Positions 8,697 to 17,643 of a DNA stretch of 64,000 nt are shown in pieces. The notes beneath the pieces are model-generated. The model saw only the letters and a list, made by a program, of their open reading frames with translations. It searched no databases and had not been told where the DNA came from. How positions within the stretch are numbered: position 1 is the stretch's first letter; the number at the start of each line of letters is the position of its first letter. Source of the DNA: an uncultured bacterium (GTDB taxonomy: Bacteria; Krumholzibacteriota; Krumholzibacteriia; LZORAL124-64-63); NCBI GenBank assembly GCA_963727525.1, contig CAVSGO010000003.1:320001-384000 (forward strand), in the 5' to 3' direction. Position numbers and translations under genes: made by a program.

Positions 8697-10601
8697 CTAT
8701 TTCCCGATCAGCCCATCGACCCGATCCAGCGTGTGCGAGAAGGCATGCATCGCCGCGGTGATGGCGTCGGGCTTCGTCAGATCCACCCCGGCACCCTTCA
8801 GAAGCTGGAGCGGCGCCGCCGAGCATCCGCCCTTCAGCATGCCGAGGTATGCGTCGACGGCGGGCTGGCCCAGCTCGCGCACGCGGTCGGCGATAGCGAT
8901 GCCGCTGGAGAGGCCGGTCGCGTACACGTAGACGTAATACTTGTAGTAGAAATGCGGGATGTAGGCCCACTCCATCTCGTCGTCGGGATCGATCGTGAAG
9001 CCAGGTCCGTAGTACAGCGCGATGAGGTCGCGGTAGGTGGAATCGAGGAGCGTGGCGGTGATCGGCTTCCCTTCCTCCACGTAACCATGCACCTTGCGCT
9101 CGAATTCCGCGAAGAGCGTCTGGCGGAAGATCGTGGTGCGGATGTCCTCGAGGCGGCTCATCAAGAGGTACGCCTTCTCCGCGTCGTCCTTCGCGTGAGC
9201 CACGAGATAGTCGTTCAGCAGCGCCTCGTTGCATGTGGAAGCGATCTCCGCGAGGAACGGTACGTAGCGGAAGTTCGGGTACGGCTGCGCCTTCATCGCC
9301 AGGTCGCTGTGCAGCGCGTGGCCGAACTCGTGCGCCAGTGTGGACATGTCGTCGAGCGAGTCCTGATAGTTCATCATCACGTAGGGATGGATCCCGTACA
9401 CGCTCGATGAAAACGCGCCGCTCTCCTTGTCCTTGCAGGGATAGAGATCGATCCAACCGTTGTGCGGGTCGAGCCCCTCGGCGAGCACCTTGCCGTACTC
9501 CGTGCCCAGCGGTTTCAACGCCTCGAGGATCGTGGCGCGGGCCTCCGGGAACGGGATGTCGCGCTCGGGCCCCTTGGTGAGCGGCACGTAGAGATCGTAG
9601 AGGTGCAGATCGTCCAGGCCCAGGGCCTTCTTGCGCAGCTCCACGTAGCGGTGCAGCAGCGGCAGGTTCTCGTGCACGGTGGCAATGAGGTTGTCGTACA
9701 CAGCGGTGTCGATGGCGTCCTTGTCCATGTAGGCGGCGAGGGCCGTGTCGTAACCGCGCGCGCGGGCGTAGGCCACGTCGAGCTTGTACTGGCCTCCCAG
9801 CGTGGCCGCGAGCGCGTGCTGGTACTGGCGCAGCGTGCTCATGACGGCAGCCACAGCGGCCTTGCGCACCTCACGATTCGCCGACTGCCGGTAGCGCCCG
9901 TAGTTGGACAGGGTGAGCTGCACGTCCTTGCCCTGCTCGTCCTTGATCGTGGGTAACGTGATGTCGGCGAGCAGGGCACCGAAGGCATCCTCGAGCGAGG
10001 AGGGGATCTCGTTGAGATCGATCTCCGCCCAGAGGTTGTCGCCCAGCAACGACAGCGACTTCTCGGCGTCCGGCGACAGGACGCGGCTGGCGCGTCGCCG
10101 CAGATTGTCGAGGTACGCGCGGTATTCGGTGAGTCCCGCCGACGTCTTGTATGCGGCTTCGAGCTGCGCCGGCTTCAGCGCCAGCACCTCGCGCCGGATG
10201 AATGATGCCTCGCTCATCAGCGTGTTCATCGCGGCCAGGCTCGACTGCACCATCCCGGACGCGACATCGTCCGTCTGGGCCACCGCCTGGCGCATGTTCG
10301 GGTACAGTGTGAGGGCGTTCGCCTGGTTGTGCAGGCGGAAGTAGAGATCGAGGCAGGCCTCGAGCTGCTGGGGATCACCGAGCTTGCCCTGGTAGGCGGC
10401 GAGCGTCGGCACCTCGGCGAGAAGCTTGGTACGCGCTGCGTCCCAGGCGTCGTCCGACGCGAACAGGGGCGACATGTTCCAGTGGTACACGGCGGGGATC
10501 TGGTCGCATGGCGCGTTGGCGTCGGGATGGTATGGCGGCAGCTCGGCCGCCGCTGCGGTGGCGGCCAGCGCGGCAACGAACGCCAGGGTCGCGTAGGTCA
10601 T
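8697..10601 (-). CDS. pepF: Oligoendopeptidase F (M3B) with N-terminal signal peptide
   Basis: HEFGH zinc motif, AEIASTCNE, FRQTLFAEFE, WAYIPHFY, GVDLT; Ala-rich signal peptide. Confidence 0.92.
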   Translation of the reverse strand: MTYATLAFVAALAATAAAAELPPYHPDANAPCDQIPAVYHWNMSPLFASDDAWDAARTKLLAEVPTLAAYQGKLGDPQQLEACLDLYFRLHNQANALTLYPNMRQAVAQTDDVASGMVQSSLAAMNTLMSEASFIRREVLALKPAQLEAAYKTSAGLTEYRAYLDNLRRRASRVLSPDAEKSLSLLGDNLWAEIDLNEIPSSLEDAFGALLADITLPTIKDEQGKDVQLTLSNYGRYRQSANREVRKAAVAAVMSTLRQYQHALAATLGGQYKLDVAYARARGYDTALAAYMDKDAIDTAVYDNLIATVHENLPLLHRYVELRKKALGLDDLHLYDLYVPLTKGPERDIPFPEARATILEALKPLGTEYGKVLAEGLDPHNGWIDLYPCKDKESGAFSSSVYGIHPYVMMNYQDSLDDMSTLAHEFGHALHSDLAMKAQPYPNFRYVPFLAEIASTCNEALLNDYLVAHAKDDAEKAYLLMSRLEDIRTTIFRQTLFAEFERKVHGYVEEGKPITATLLDSTYRDLIALYYGPGFTIDPDDEMEWAYIPHFYYKYYVYVYATGLSSGIAIADRVRELGQPAVDAYLGMLKGGCSAAPLQLLKGAGVDLTKPDAITAAMHAFSHTLDRVDGLIGK

Positions 10602-10699
10602 TGCGTCACTCCGGGTTGGAGGCAGGGGTTGGTCGAGGTGATTCCCAGTCTAGTCGAGGGGCCGCCGGGAGGCAACCACGCTGGACGCCACGCCAGCAT

Positions 10700-10732
10700 G
10701 CCCGGGCCCCGGTTCATCACCGGGGCCCGGGC
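10700..10732 (-). terminator. Hairpin downstream of the spondin-domain gene
   Basis: Perfect 14-bp stem GCCCGGGCCCCGGT / ACCGGGGCCCGGGC. Confidence 0.6.
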
Positions 10733-10762
10733 CCATCCAGCGTCGGATATCTCGCGAAGGGT

Positions 10763-11464
10763 CTACTGGAACAGCGTCTTCACCGAACCCCAGGTGGTCG
10801 CGTCGACCGCGGTGGGTTCGGAGGCGATGATCGTGACGTGCGCGGACGGGGGGAAGTTCCACGTCAGCAGGCCATAGTCGGGGTCGTCGAAGATCTGGTA
10901 CATGGCGATGGCGGTGATGGGCTCGTCCTCGTCCGGTCCCGTGTTCGGGTTTCCGTAGAAGCCGAGGTCGGCGATCATGCCGGTGTTCACCTCGGTACCC
11001 GAATCCCACACCGTCGTGGTGTAGTCGAGCGTGGTGCCCGGCATCGGCAGGACGATGTCGTGCAGGCCGGTGAAGAGGTCGTTCGTGCGGCCGAGCATCC
11101 AGGCCGTGGAGAAGAGGCAGCCGGGGGTCGCATCGAACTCGACGGTCTGCATGTCGAAGAAGGGGCCAGTGCCCACGACGACGTCCATGACGTCGGCACT
11201 CGCCATCGCCTCGCTCGCCAAAACGCTGGGATTGCCCTCGCGAGCGACCAGTTCCAGGCCCGGCGACGCCATTGCGCCCGGCATGAAGAGCGAGTATCCG
11301 GGAGTGTGCACCACGCACACCGGAGGCGAGAAGGGCTGGCCGGTGGCGGGGCCGCCGGCGATCTCGTCGGTGATGATGACCTCGTAATGAGTCTGGGCCA
11401 TGGCGAACGACGCCATCGCGAGGGTCAGGATTGCGGCAAGGGTCAGCTTTGTCGAGAGCTTCAT
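10763..11464 (-). CDS. Secreted spondin_N domain protein with C-terminal TWGxxK tail
   Basis: QPFSPP..VVH, ASPGLE.VAREG, MLGRTND.F.GL, WDSGTE.N spondin motifs; signal peptide; ends ATTWGSVKTLFQ; AGGAGG RBS. Confidence 0.85.
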   Translation of the reverse strand: MKLSTKLTLAAILTLAMASFAMAQTHYEVIITDEIAGGPATGQPFSPPVCVVHTPGYSLFMPGAMASPGLELVAREGNPSVLASEAMASADVMDVVVGTGPFFDMQTVEFDATPGCLFSTAWMLGRTNDLFTGLHDIVLPMPGTTLDYTTTVWDSGTEVNTGMIADLGFYGNPNTGPDEDEPITAIAMYQIFDDPDYGLLTWNFPPSAHVTIIASEPTAVDATTWGSVKTLFQ

Positions 11465-11593
11465 GGTCTCTGTCCTCCTGTCAGGTCGTTCCACTCGTCG
11501 TGAATCCGTGGTCGGCCGCAATCTCTTCGTCGGGCGAGCGGCCGTTCCTGCCGCCAGTACGGACGCCTGCCGCTGATCGTGACACGCAGGTTT

Positions 11594-11635
11594 AAAAAAA
11601 AAATGCGACCCGGAACCATGGCGGCACCGGGTCGC
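11594..11635 (-). terminator. Rho-independent terminator of the cupredoxin gene
   Basis: 9-bp stem GCGACCCGG/CCGGGTCGC followed on the minus strand by a 10-nt T tract. Confidence 0.85.
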
Positions 11636-11656
11636 TCGACGGGAGGTCGGGAAGGG

Positions 11657-12616
11657 TCAGCGTACGAGGGTCATGCTCCGTGCCTCGGAATGCCCACCAA
11701 CGCGGATGCGATAGACGTAAGTGCCTGAGGGCATGGCCTGGCCGTGATCGGAGGCGCCGTCCCAGGTCGCCGTCGCCGTGCCTTCCGGATAGGCGGCGTC
11801 GATCAGGGTGCGCACCTGGCGGCCCTGCAGGTCGTAGATTCGCAGGGTCACGTGCTGACCATCGCTCGATTGCGGCACGACGAAGCTGATGTCCGTCCGG
11901 GGATTGAACGGGTTCGGAGCATTCTGGAGCAGCAGCGACGCGGTGGCTGGCGTGTCGTCCACGCCGACAGAGCTGTTCACATGCACGATCCCCGTCATGC
12001 CGAAGGTCGCGTGCGGGCGGCACAGGTACGGCACGTCGCCGCTCGCCGTGAACGTGTAGCTCACCATGGGATGGGCCGAGTCGAGCACCTCGTCGAAGAG
12101 CGTGCCGAGGTCCGGGTCGTTGAGATCGGTTCCGTTGGTCACGGTGTGCGCATTCGCCGACCAGATCCACTGGACCGTGTCGCCGACATTGATGGTGATC
12201 TCGGACGGATCGAACGTGAACCCGACCTGGTTCACCGTGTATGTCGTGCCGCCGGCCGGCATCACGTGAATGACGCCGGTCATGCCCAGGGCAACGTGCA
12301 GCCGACACAGGTACGGCACGTCACCGGTCTCGGTGAAGGTGTAGGACACGGTGGGGTTGCTGGCATCGAGGGTCTCGTCGAACAGCGTCCCGAGATCCGG
12401 ATCGCTCAGGTCGGTACCGTTGGTGACGGTATGTGGTCCTGAAGACCAGACCCACTCGACGGTATCGCCGACGGTGATGGTAAGATCGGCGGGGTCGAAG
12501 GTCAATCCCACCTGGTTGACGGTATGAGTCGTGGCCAACGCGCTCGGAGCGGTCAGCGCGAGGCCGATCAACGCAAGGCCGATCAGCGCGAAGCGGGGAT
12601 AGCGCAAGTGGCTCAT
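11657..12616 (-). CDS. Secreted tandem plastocyanin/azurin-type blue-copper protein with C-terminal FlgD-Ig/T9SS-like domain
   Basis: Two domains, each with HTVT and C-x2-H-x4-M (CRLHVALGM; CRPHATFGM); signal peptide; NAPNPFNPRT...YDLQGRQVR...WDG...GTYVY tail. Confidence 0.9.
   Translation of the reverse strand: MSHLRYPRFALIGLALIGLALTAPSALATTHTVNQVGLTFDPADLTITVGDTVEWVWSSGPHTVTNGTDLSDPDLGTLFDETLDASNPTVSYTFTETGDVPYLCRLHVALGMTGVIHVMPAGGTTYTVNQVGFTFDPSEITINVGDTVQWIWSANAHTVTNGTDLNDPDLGTLFDEVLDSAHPMVSYTFTASGDVPYLCRPHATFGMTGIVHVNSSVGVDDTPATASLLLQNAPNPFNPRTDISFVVPQSSDGQHVTLRIYDLQGRQVRTLIDAAYPEGTATATWDGASDHGQAMPSGTYVYRIRVGGHSEARSMTLVR
11990..12530 (-). repeat. Intragenic tandem duplication, 285-bp period (two cupredoxin domains)
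   Basis: CAGGTACGGCACGTC at 12023 and 12308; GTCATGCC at 11994 and 12279. Confidence 0.85.
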
Positions 12617-12932
12617 ATCGGAACTCCTCCGCAGGATCGTGGCGATCAGAGGGTGGGGAATACGAACTTCCAATAGAGCATAATCGACAAAAAATGTCTA
12701 GTTAATGTTCGGCTCCCGGGAAATCATAGTTTCAAAAAGGGGGTTCACACCGTCCCCTCATATTTGCCTGGTTAAGTTGCTATAGTTTCAACAGATCACG
12801 CTATCTGTATTCCGGATAATATCTTATGTGTTTCGTCCTTCTTGAATACCCTTGACGCGACGCCCAGTAAACAGCTAGTTTCGAAGTCGATTGGTCGATA
12901 GACCAAGCAGGGGTCAACCCAGGAGGTCCTCA

Positions 12933-13319
12933 ATGCGACACATGTCCCTCGTCCTGGCCCTCGCCGCGCTCGTGGCGCTGAATCTCGTCAGCGTCATTGC
13001 CCTCGCCGACGAGCAGGCCACGCCGCCCACCCAGACCGACATGGAGAAGATGAGCGGCAAGGAGCTGTACAAGCTCAACTGCAAGATCTGCCATGCCGCC
13101 GACGCCGACGCCGGCGAGTACACCCCGATGACCTACATCCAGGATCAGTGGGAGACGTTCTTCGACGAGACCTACGTCGAGACCCACAAGGCCGTCGTCG
13201 ATTCCACGTACGGCGAGATGCCGGTGATCGAGTGGATCACGCCGAAGATGCTCGAGAAGATCCGCAAGTTCGCCGTCGACGGCGCCGCGGACAGCGAACA
13301 CCCGATGACCTGCGGATAG
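12933..13319 (+). CDS. Periplasmic monoheme cytochrome c
   Basis: Signal peptide, single CKICH heme motif, C-terminal AADSEHPMTCG; AGGAGG RBS. Confidence 0.88.
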   Translation: MRHMSLVLALAALVALNLVSVIALADEQATPPTQTDMEKMSGKELYKLNCKICHAADADAGEYTPMTYIQDQWETFFDETYVETHKAVVDSTYGEMPVIEWITPKMLEKIRKFAVDGAADSEHPMTCG

Positions 13320-13342
13320 AGCTCGCCACGAAAGGGAACAGC

Positions 13343-14986
13343 ATGAAGAAGCACGTTCTGATCATTGCGGCTCTCGTGGCGATGATCGCCAACACCGCCC
13401 TCGCGGCCAAGAGCGTCGAGGATCGGCTCAAGGATCTCGAGAAGCGCGTGATGAAGACCGAGCGCGACAACGCCGTCGACCGTGTGCACCTCACCGGCGA
13501 CTTCCGCTTCGAGGCGCACAGCATCGACGCCGACATGCCCGACTACTTCGACGGCATGGCGCTGCAGAATCTCGTCGTGAACACCATGTTCTACTTCATG
13601 CAGAACTTCGACGGCACCGACCCCATGAGTGGGTTTCCGCCGAATGTGACTGCGCTCAACGATGAGGTCATGCAGAACTACGCGGACTATCTCTACTTCA
13701 CGAACAATCTCACTTTCGATCAGCTCAAGCAGTTCATGGGCGGCTTCGCTCCCGCGCAGCAGGCCATGCTCATGGGCATGCTCGTACCCGGCACCTACAC
13801 GCCCGGCTACGAGTATGACAACTCCATCCTCTACACGACGCGCCTGCGCCTGGAGATGAAGGCCGAGGTCGCCGACAACGTCGACTTCGCGGGCCGGCTG
13901 GCCATGTACAAGCCGTGGGGCGAGTCCACGGGCGTCCAGGTCTTCAACGGCCAGGCCACCTCGATGAACATCGACGGCACCACGACGCACGTGCCCAACT
14001 CCGACATCCTGCGCGTCGACCGGGCCTATTTCGACTGGAAGAACATCCAGGGCTTGCCGGTGTACCTGTCGATCGGACGCCGTCCCTCGACCGGCGGTCC
14101 CCCGCTCAACCTGCGCGAGGATGAGCCGCGAGGCGGCACCCCGCTGGGTCTGGTGATCGACTACCAGTTCGACGGCATCACCTTCGGCTGGCACATCAGC
14201 GACACCTCGACGCTCCGGGCTTGCTACGGTGTCGGCTACGAGTCGGGCTTCGGCAACGCCGACCAGCTCCAGCAGCCGGCCGACCGCCTCAAGGACACGC
14301 ACTTCTTCGGGTTCAACTGGGACATCCTGAACACCGAGAAGAACTACCTGCAGGGCACCTTGGCGCGCGCCTTCGACGTGGCCGACGGCTTCAACGGCCT
14401 GGTCGTGATGCCGAACAACCCGGTCACCGGTGCGGCCATCGGCGCCCCTTTGATCATGCGCTACTCGCCCGCGGCCAACCTGGGCAACATCAATCTGGCG
14501 AGCCTGCTGGCGCTGCGCACCGAAGGGCCATTCGACGTGTTCGCGAGCTACAGCTACATGGAGTCGCAGCCGTACGACGTGACCACGCCGTTCGGTGGTC
14601 TGTTCTGTGACCCGTTCGAGATGCCCACGAAGCAGCACAGCTGGATGACCTACGTCGGCGCACGCTACACCCTGCCGAACGACAAGACGAAGGTCGGTCT
14701 CGAGTACAATCACGGGTCGAAGTACTGGTTCAACTTCGCGGCCGCGGCCGACGACATCATCGCGCCGAAGACGAGCACCCGCGGCAACGTGTGGGAGGTC
14801 TACGTCACCCACCGGATCGCGAAGAAGTTCATCGCGAAGGTGGACTACATCAACTACGACTACGGCTACTCCGGTTCGGGATGGCACGTCGGTGCGCCCA
14901 AGGCGCTGGACTCGACACCGATCCTCGGTTTCCCGACATACAGCCGGGCCGGGAAGGTCGCGCTGAGCCTCATGGCTCGCTTCTGA
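13343..14986 (+). CDS. DUF3373-like outer-membrane beta-barrel (putative porin)
   Basis: Signal peptide, short coiled coil, GDFRFE, TRLRL, VDRAYF, GRRPST.GPP, EYNHGSKYW; alternating beta pattern; terminal Phe. Confidence 0.8.
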   Translation: MKKHVLIIAALVAMIANTALAAKSVEDRLKDLEKRVMKTERDNAVDRVHLTGDFRFEAHSIDADMPDYFDGMALQNLVVNTMFYFMQNFDGTDPMSGFPPNVTALNDEVMQNYADYLYFTNNLTFDQLKQFMGGFAPAQQAMLMGMLVPGTYTPGYEYDNSILYTTRLRLEMKAEVADNVDFAGRLAMYKPWGESTGVQVFNGQATSMNIDGTTTHVPNSDILRVDRAYFDWKNIQGLPVYLSIGRRPSTGGPPLNLREDEPRGGTPLGLVIDYQFDGITFGWHISDTSTLRACYGVGYESGFGNADQLQQPADRLKDTHFFGFNWDILNTEKNYLQGTLARAFDVADGFNGLVVMPNNPVTGAAIGAPLIMRYSPAANLGNINLASLLALRTEGPFDVFASYSYMESQPYDVTTPFGGLFCDPFEMPTKQHSWMTYVGARYTLPNDKTKVGLEYNHGSKYWFNFAAAADDIIAPKTSTRGNVWEVYVTHRIAKKFIAKVDYINYDYGYSGSGWHVGAPKALDSTPILGFPTYSRAGKVALSLMARF

Positions 14987-14996
14987 GGAGACGATC

Positions 14997-16400
14997 GTGA
15001 AACACGCCCTGATCCTGCTGGGCGTTCTGCTCGTCGCTGCCGGCCCCGCGAGGGCCGGCAAGCGGCCGCAGTATTCCCACGCCAGCTACTTCGAGCACTA
15101 CGAGGGTACGAAGACCTGCCTGGGTTGCCATGAGGAGGAAGCGCAGTCGTTCTTCTACTCGCAGCATTACCAGTGGCGGGGCGACGCACCGAATATCGTC
15201 AACGCGGACGGCGAGAAGCTCGGCAAGCTCAACACGATGAACGACTTCTGCACCAACCCGATGGCGAACTGGATCGGTAACACCCTGAACGCCGACGGAC
15301 AGATCGTGGCCCAGGGCTGTTCGAAGTGCCATGCCGGCCTCGGCTTGCAGCCGGAGCCGACGATGAGCCCGGCGCAGCTCGAGAACATCGACTGCCTCAT
15401 CTGCCACGCCGCCGGTTATCGACGCGACCTGTACAGCACCGAGGATGGCGGCTGGCAGTGGCGCCCGATCCTGTGGAAGAACCCGGTGGGGCTCGACTCC
15501 GTGTCCAAGCGCATCTCCCTGCCCACGCGGGCCATGTGTCTGCGCTGCCATGCGGGCGCCGGCGGCGGCCCCAACTTCAAGCGCGGCGATATCGAGTACG
15601 CGCTGGCCGATTGCGATACGAGTTTCGATGTGCACATGGCCACCGACGGCGCCAACCTGCAGTGCATCGACTGCCACGCCGGCGAAGCCCATCGCGTACG
15701 TGGCCGCGGCGCCGACCTCTCGGGCACCGACTTCCCCGGGAAGCCGCTCACGTGTGCCACGGCGGAATGCCATGGCGACACGCCCCATGGCATCAAGGTC
15801 CTCGACAAGCACGCCGAGCGGGTGTCGTGCACGGTGTGCCACATCCGCGAGTTCGCCAAGGACGACCCGACGGACATGGAGCGCGACTGGTCGAAGCCGT
15901 TCCACATCGTCGAGGCCAACAAGTACTCGGCCACGATCACCAAGGAGCTCAACGTCACGCCGGCTTACGCCTGGTACGACGGCAAGACGCGCCTGCAGAA
16001 GATGGGCGAACGCATCCAGAAGCGCGATGACGGCACCGTCGGCATCATGACGCCGGTGGCCACGCGCAAGGACAAGGATGCCAAGATCTACGCCTTCAAG
16101 CTGCACCGCGCCGTGCTGCCGATCCTGAAGGACAAGCAGTGGATCATCCCGCTCGCCGTGGAGGAATTCTTCGGCAATGGCGACATCGACCAGGCGGTGC
16201 GCGAGGCCGCCGACGTGGCCTACGGCATCGAACGCCCCGACTACACCTGGGTGAACTCGGTGCGCTACATGGGTCTCTTCCACGAGGTGCAGCCGGCCAG
16301 TCAGGCCCTGCAATGCCTCGATTGCCACAGCCCGCACGGACGCCTCGACTGGAAGGCGCTCGGCTACAAGGGCGATCCGCTGGAGAAGGTGCTGGACTGA
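14997..16400 (+). CDS. Octaheme cytochrome c, tetrathionate reductase (OTR)-like
   Basis: 7 CxxCH plus 1 CX4CH; GKLNTMNDFC segment, IDCLICH, F.VHM, HEVQP...ALQCLDCH...LDWKALGY as in the OTR family; signal peptide. Confidence 0.85.
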   Translation: MKHALILLGVLLVAAGPARAGKRPQYSHASYFEHYEGTKTCLGCHEEEAQSFFYSQHYQWRGDAPNIVNADGEKLGKLNTMNDFCTNPMANWIGNTLNADGQIVAQGCSKCHAGLGLQPEPTMSPAQLENIDCLICHAAGYRRDLYSTEDGGWQWRPILWKNPVGLDSVSKRISLPTRAMCLRCHAGAGGGPNFKRGDIEYALADCDTSFDVHMATDGANLQCIDCHAGEAHRVRGRGADLSGTDFPGKPLTCATAECHGDTPHGIKVLDKHAERVSCTVCHIREFAKDDPTDMERDWSKPFHIVEANKYSATITKELNVTPAYAWYDGKTRLQKMGERIQKRDDGTVGIMTPVATRKDKDAKIYAFKLHRAVLPILKDKQWIIPLAVEEFFGNGDIDQAVREAADVAYGIERPDYTWVNSVRYMGLFHEVQPASQALQCLDCHSPHGRLDWKALGYKGDPLEKVLD

Positions 16401-16414
16401 CCGGCGACCTTCGC

Positions 16415-16463
16415 CCAGACTCGCGAGGATCCCGCCCCGCCGGAGCGGGATTCTCGCGTCTGG
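16415..16463 (+). terminator. Long hairpin after the octaheme gene
   Basis: CGCGAGGATCCCGC / GCGGGATTCTCGCG stem extended by CCAGA/TCTGG. Confidence 0.6.
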
Positions 16464-16473
16464 ACGCCCGGAG

Positions 16474-17565
16474 GTGGCCGCCTTGATCGCTCTGTTCGCC
16501 CTGGCGCTGGTGGCGTCGGCTACCGGTTCGCCCCAGCAGGACATCCCCTTCTCGACCACCATCACCAAGACGGTCACCCTCGACCATCTCCTCTACCTGC
16601 CCAGGGGCTACGCCGACGATCCACAGCGCCGGTGGCCCCTCATCGTGTTCCTGCACGGATCGGGTGAACGGGGCCACGACCTCGAGCAGGTCAAGGTGAA
16701 CGGTTTGCCCAAGCGCTTGGATGCGGGATTTACGCTGCCCTGCGTGGTCATCTCGCCGCAGTGCCCACCGGGCCTGCGCTGGACCGACGGCTGGATGCTC
16801 GAGGGGCTGAACGCGCTCATCGACGACGCCCTCACGCGCTACCGGATCGACGCCCACCGCGTGTATCTGACGGGCATGAGCATGGGAGGATTCGGCACGT
16901 GGGCCCTGGGCGCTGCGCATCCGGAGAAGTTTGCCGCGCTGGCGCCCGTGTGCGGGGGCGGTGATCCGTCGCAGGCCTTCCAGCTGCGGCGTATCCCCAT
17001 CTGGGGTTTCCACGGAGCCCAGGACACCGTCGTCCCGGTGCAGGAGATGAAGACGATGGCCGACGCGATGGAACGGGTCCACGGCACGATGCGCCTGACG
17101 ATCTACCCCGACGCGGGCCATGACGCCTGGACGGCGACCTACGACAACCCCGAACTGTACACATGGATGCTTGCTCAGGTGAAGACGCCGCCGGTCCTCG
17201 TACCGTTGCGCGACGCCACGCTCACGGCATCGTCAGGCGATCCGTCGCTCGCGGCCGACGGCGATCCGGGTACGCGATGGGAGTCGGCATGGTCGGATCC
17301 GCAGTGGCTGGCCATCGATCTGCACCAGGTCACCCCGTTGCATTCCCTCACCATCTTCTGGGAGACGGCGTATGCGAAGGTGTACGACGTGCTGGTTTCG
17401 GCCGACGGCGACACCTGGACGCGGTTCTACGGCACCACCGAGGGGGACGGCGACGTGGACGTCATCGATTTCCCAGCCGGGACCGAGGGGCGTCATCTCA
17501 GGCTGGATTGCCATGACCGCGGGACCCAGTGGGGCGATTCCATCTGGGAGATCGAACTGGAGTGA
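16474..17565 (+). CDS. Secreted alpha/beta-hydrolase (carboxylesterase/peptidase) fused to an F5/8 discoidin (CBM32-like) domain
   Basis: FLHGSGE, GMSMGG nucleophile, HGAQD..VP, GHDAW; C-terminal DGDPGTRWES...QWLAIDL...SIWEIE. Confidence 0.87.
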   Translation: MAALIALFALALVASATGSPQQDIPFSTTITKTVTLDHLLYLPRGYADDPQRRWPLIVFLHGSGERGHDLEQVKVNGLPKRLDAGFTLPCVVISPQCPPGLRWTDGWMLEGLNALIDDALTRYRIDAHRVYLTGMSMGGFGTWALGAAHPEKFAALAPVCGGGDPSQAFQLRRIPIWGFHGAQDTVVPVQEMKTMADAMERVHGTMRLTIYPDAGHDAWTATYDNPELYTWMLAQVKTPPVLVPLRDATLTASSGDPSLAADGDPGTRWESAWSDPQWLAIDLHQVTPLHSLTIFWETAYAKVYDVLVSADGDTWTRFYGTTEGDGDVDVIDFPAGTEGRHLRLDCHDRGTQWGDSIWEIELE

Positions 17566-17643
17566 GTCCCTGGCGTTGCCGGAAGCGATATATTGCTCAA
17601 GTCGGGGCCGCTTGCAGCCGATGATGGGGCGGGAGGTATTGTG

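Noticed and set aside
12809-12834. dif-like sequence ATTCCGGATAA-TATC-TTATGTGTTTC
   Set aside because: Only 4 bp between the arms (6 required) and a poor XerD arm; more likely part of the promoter
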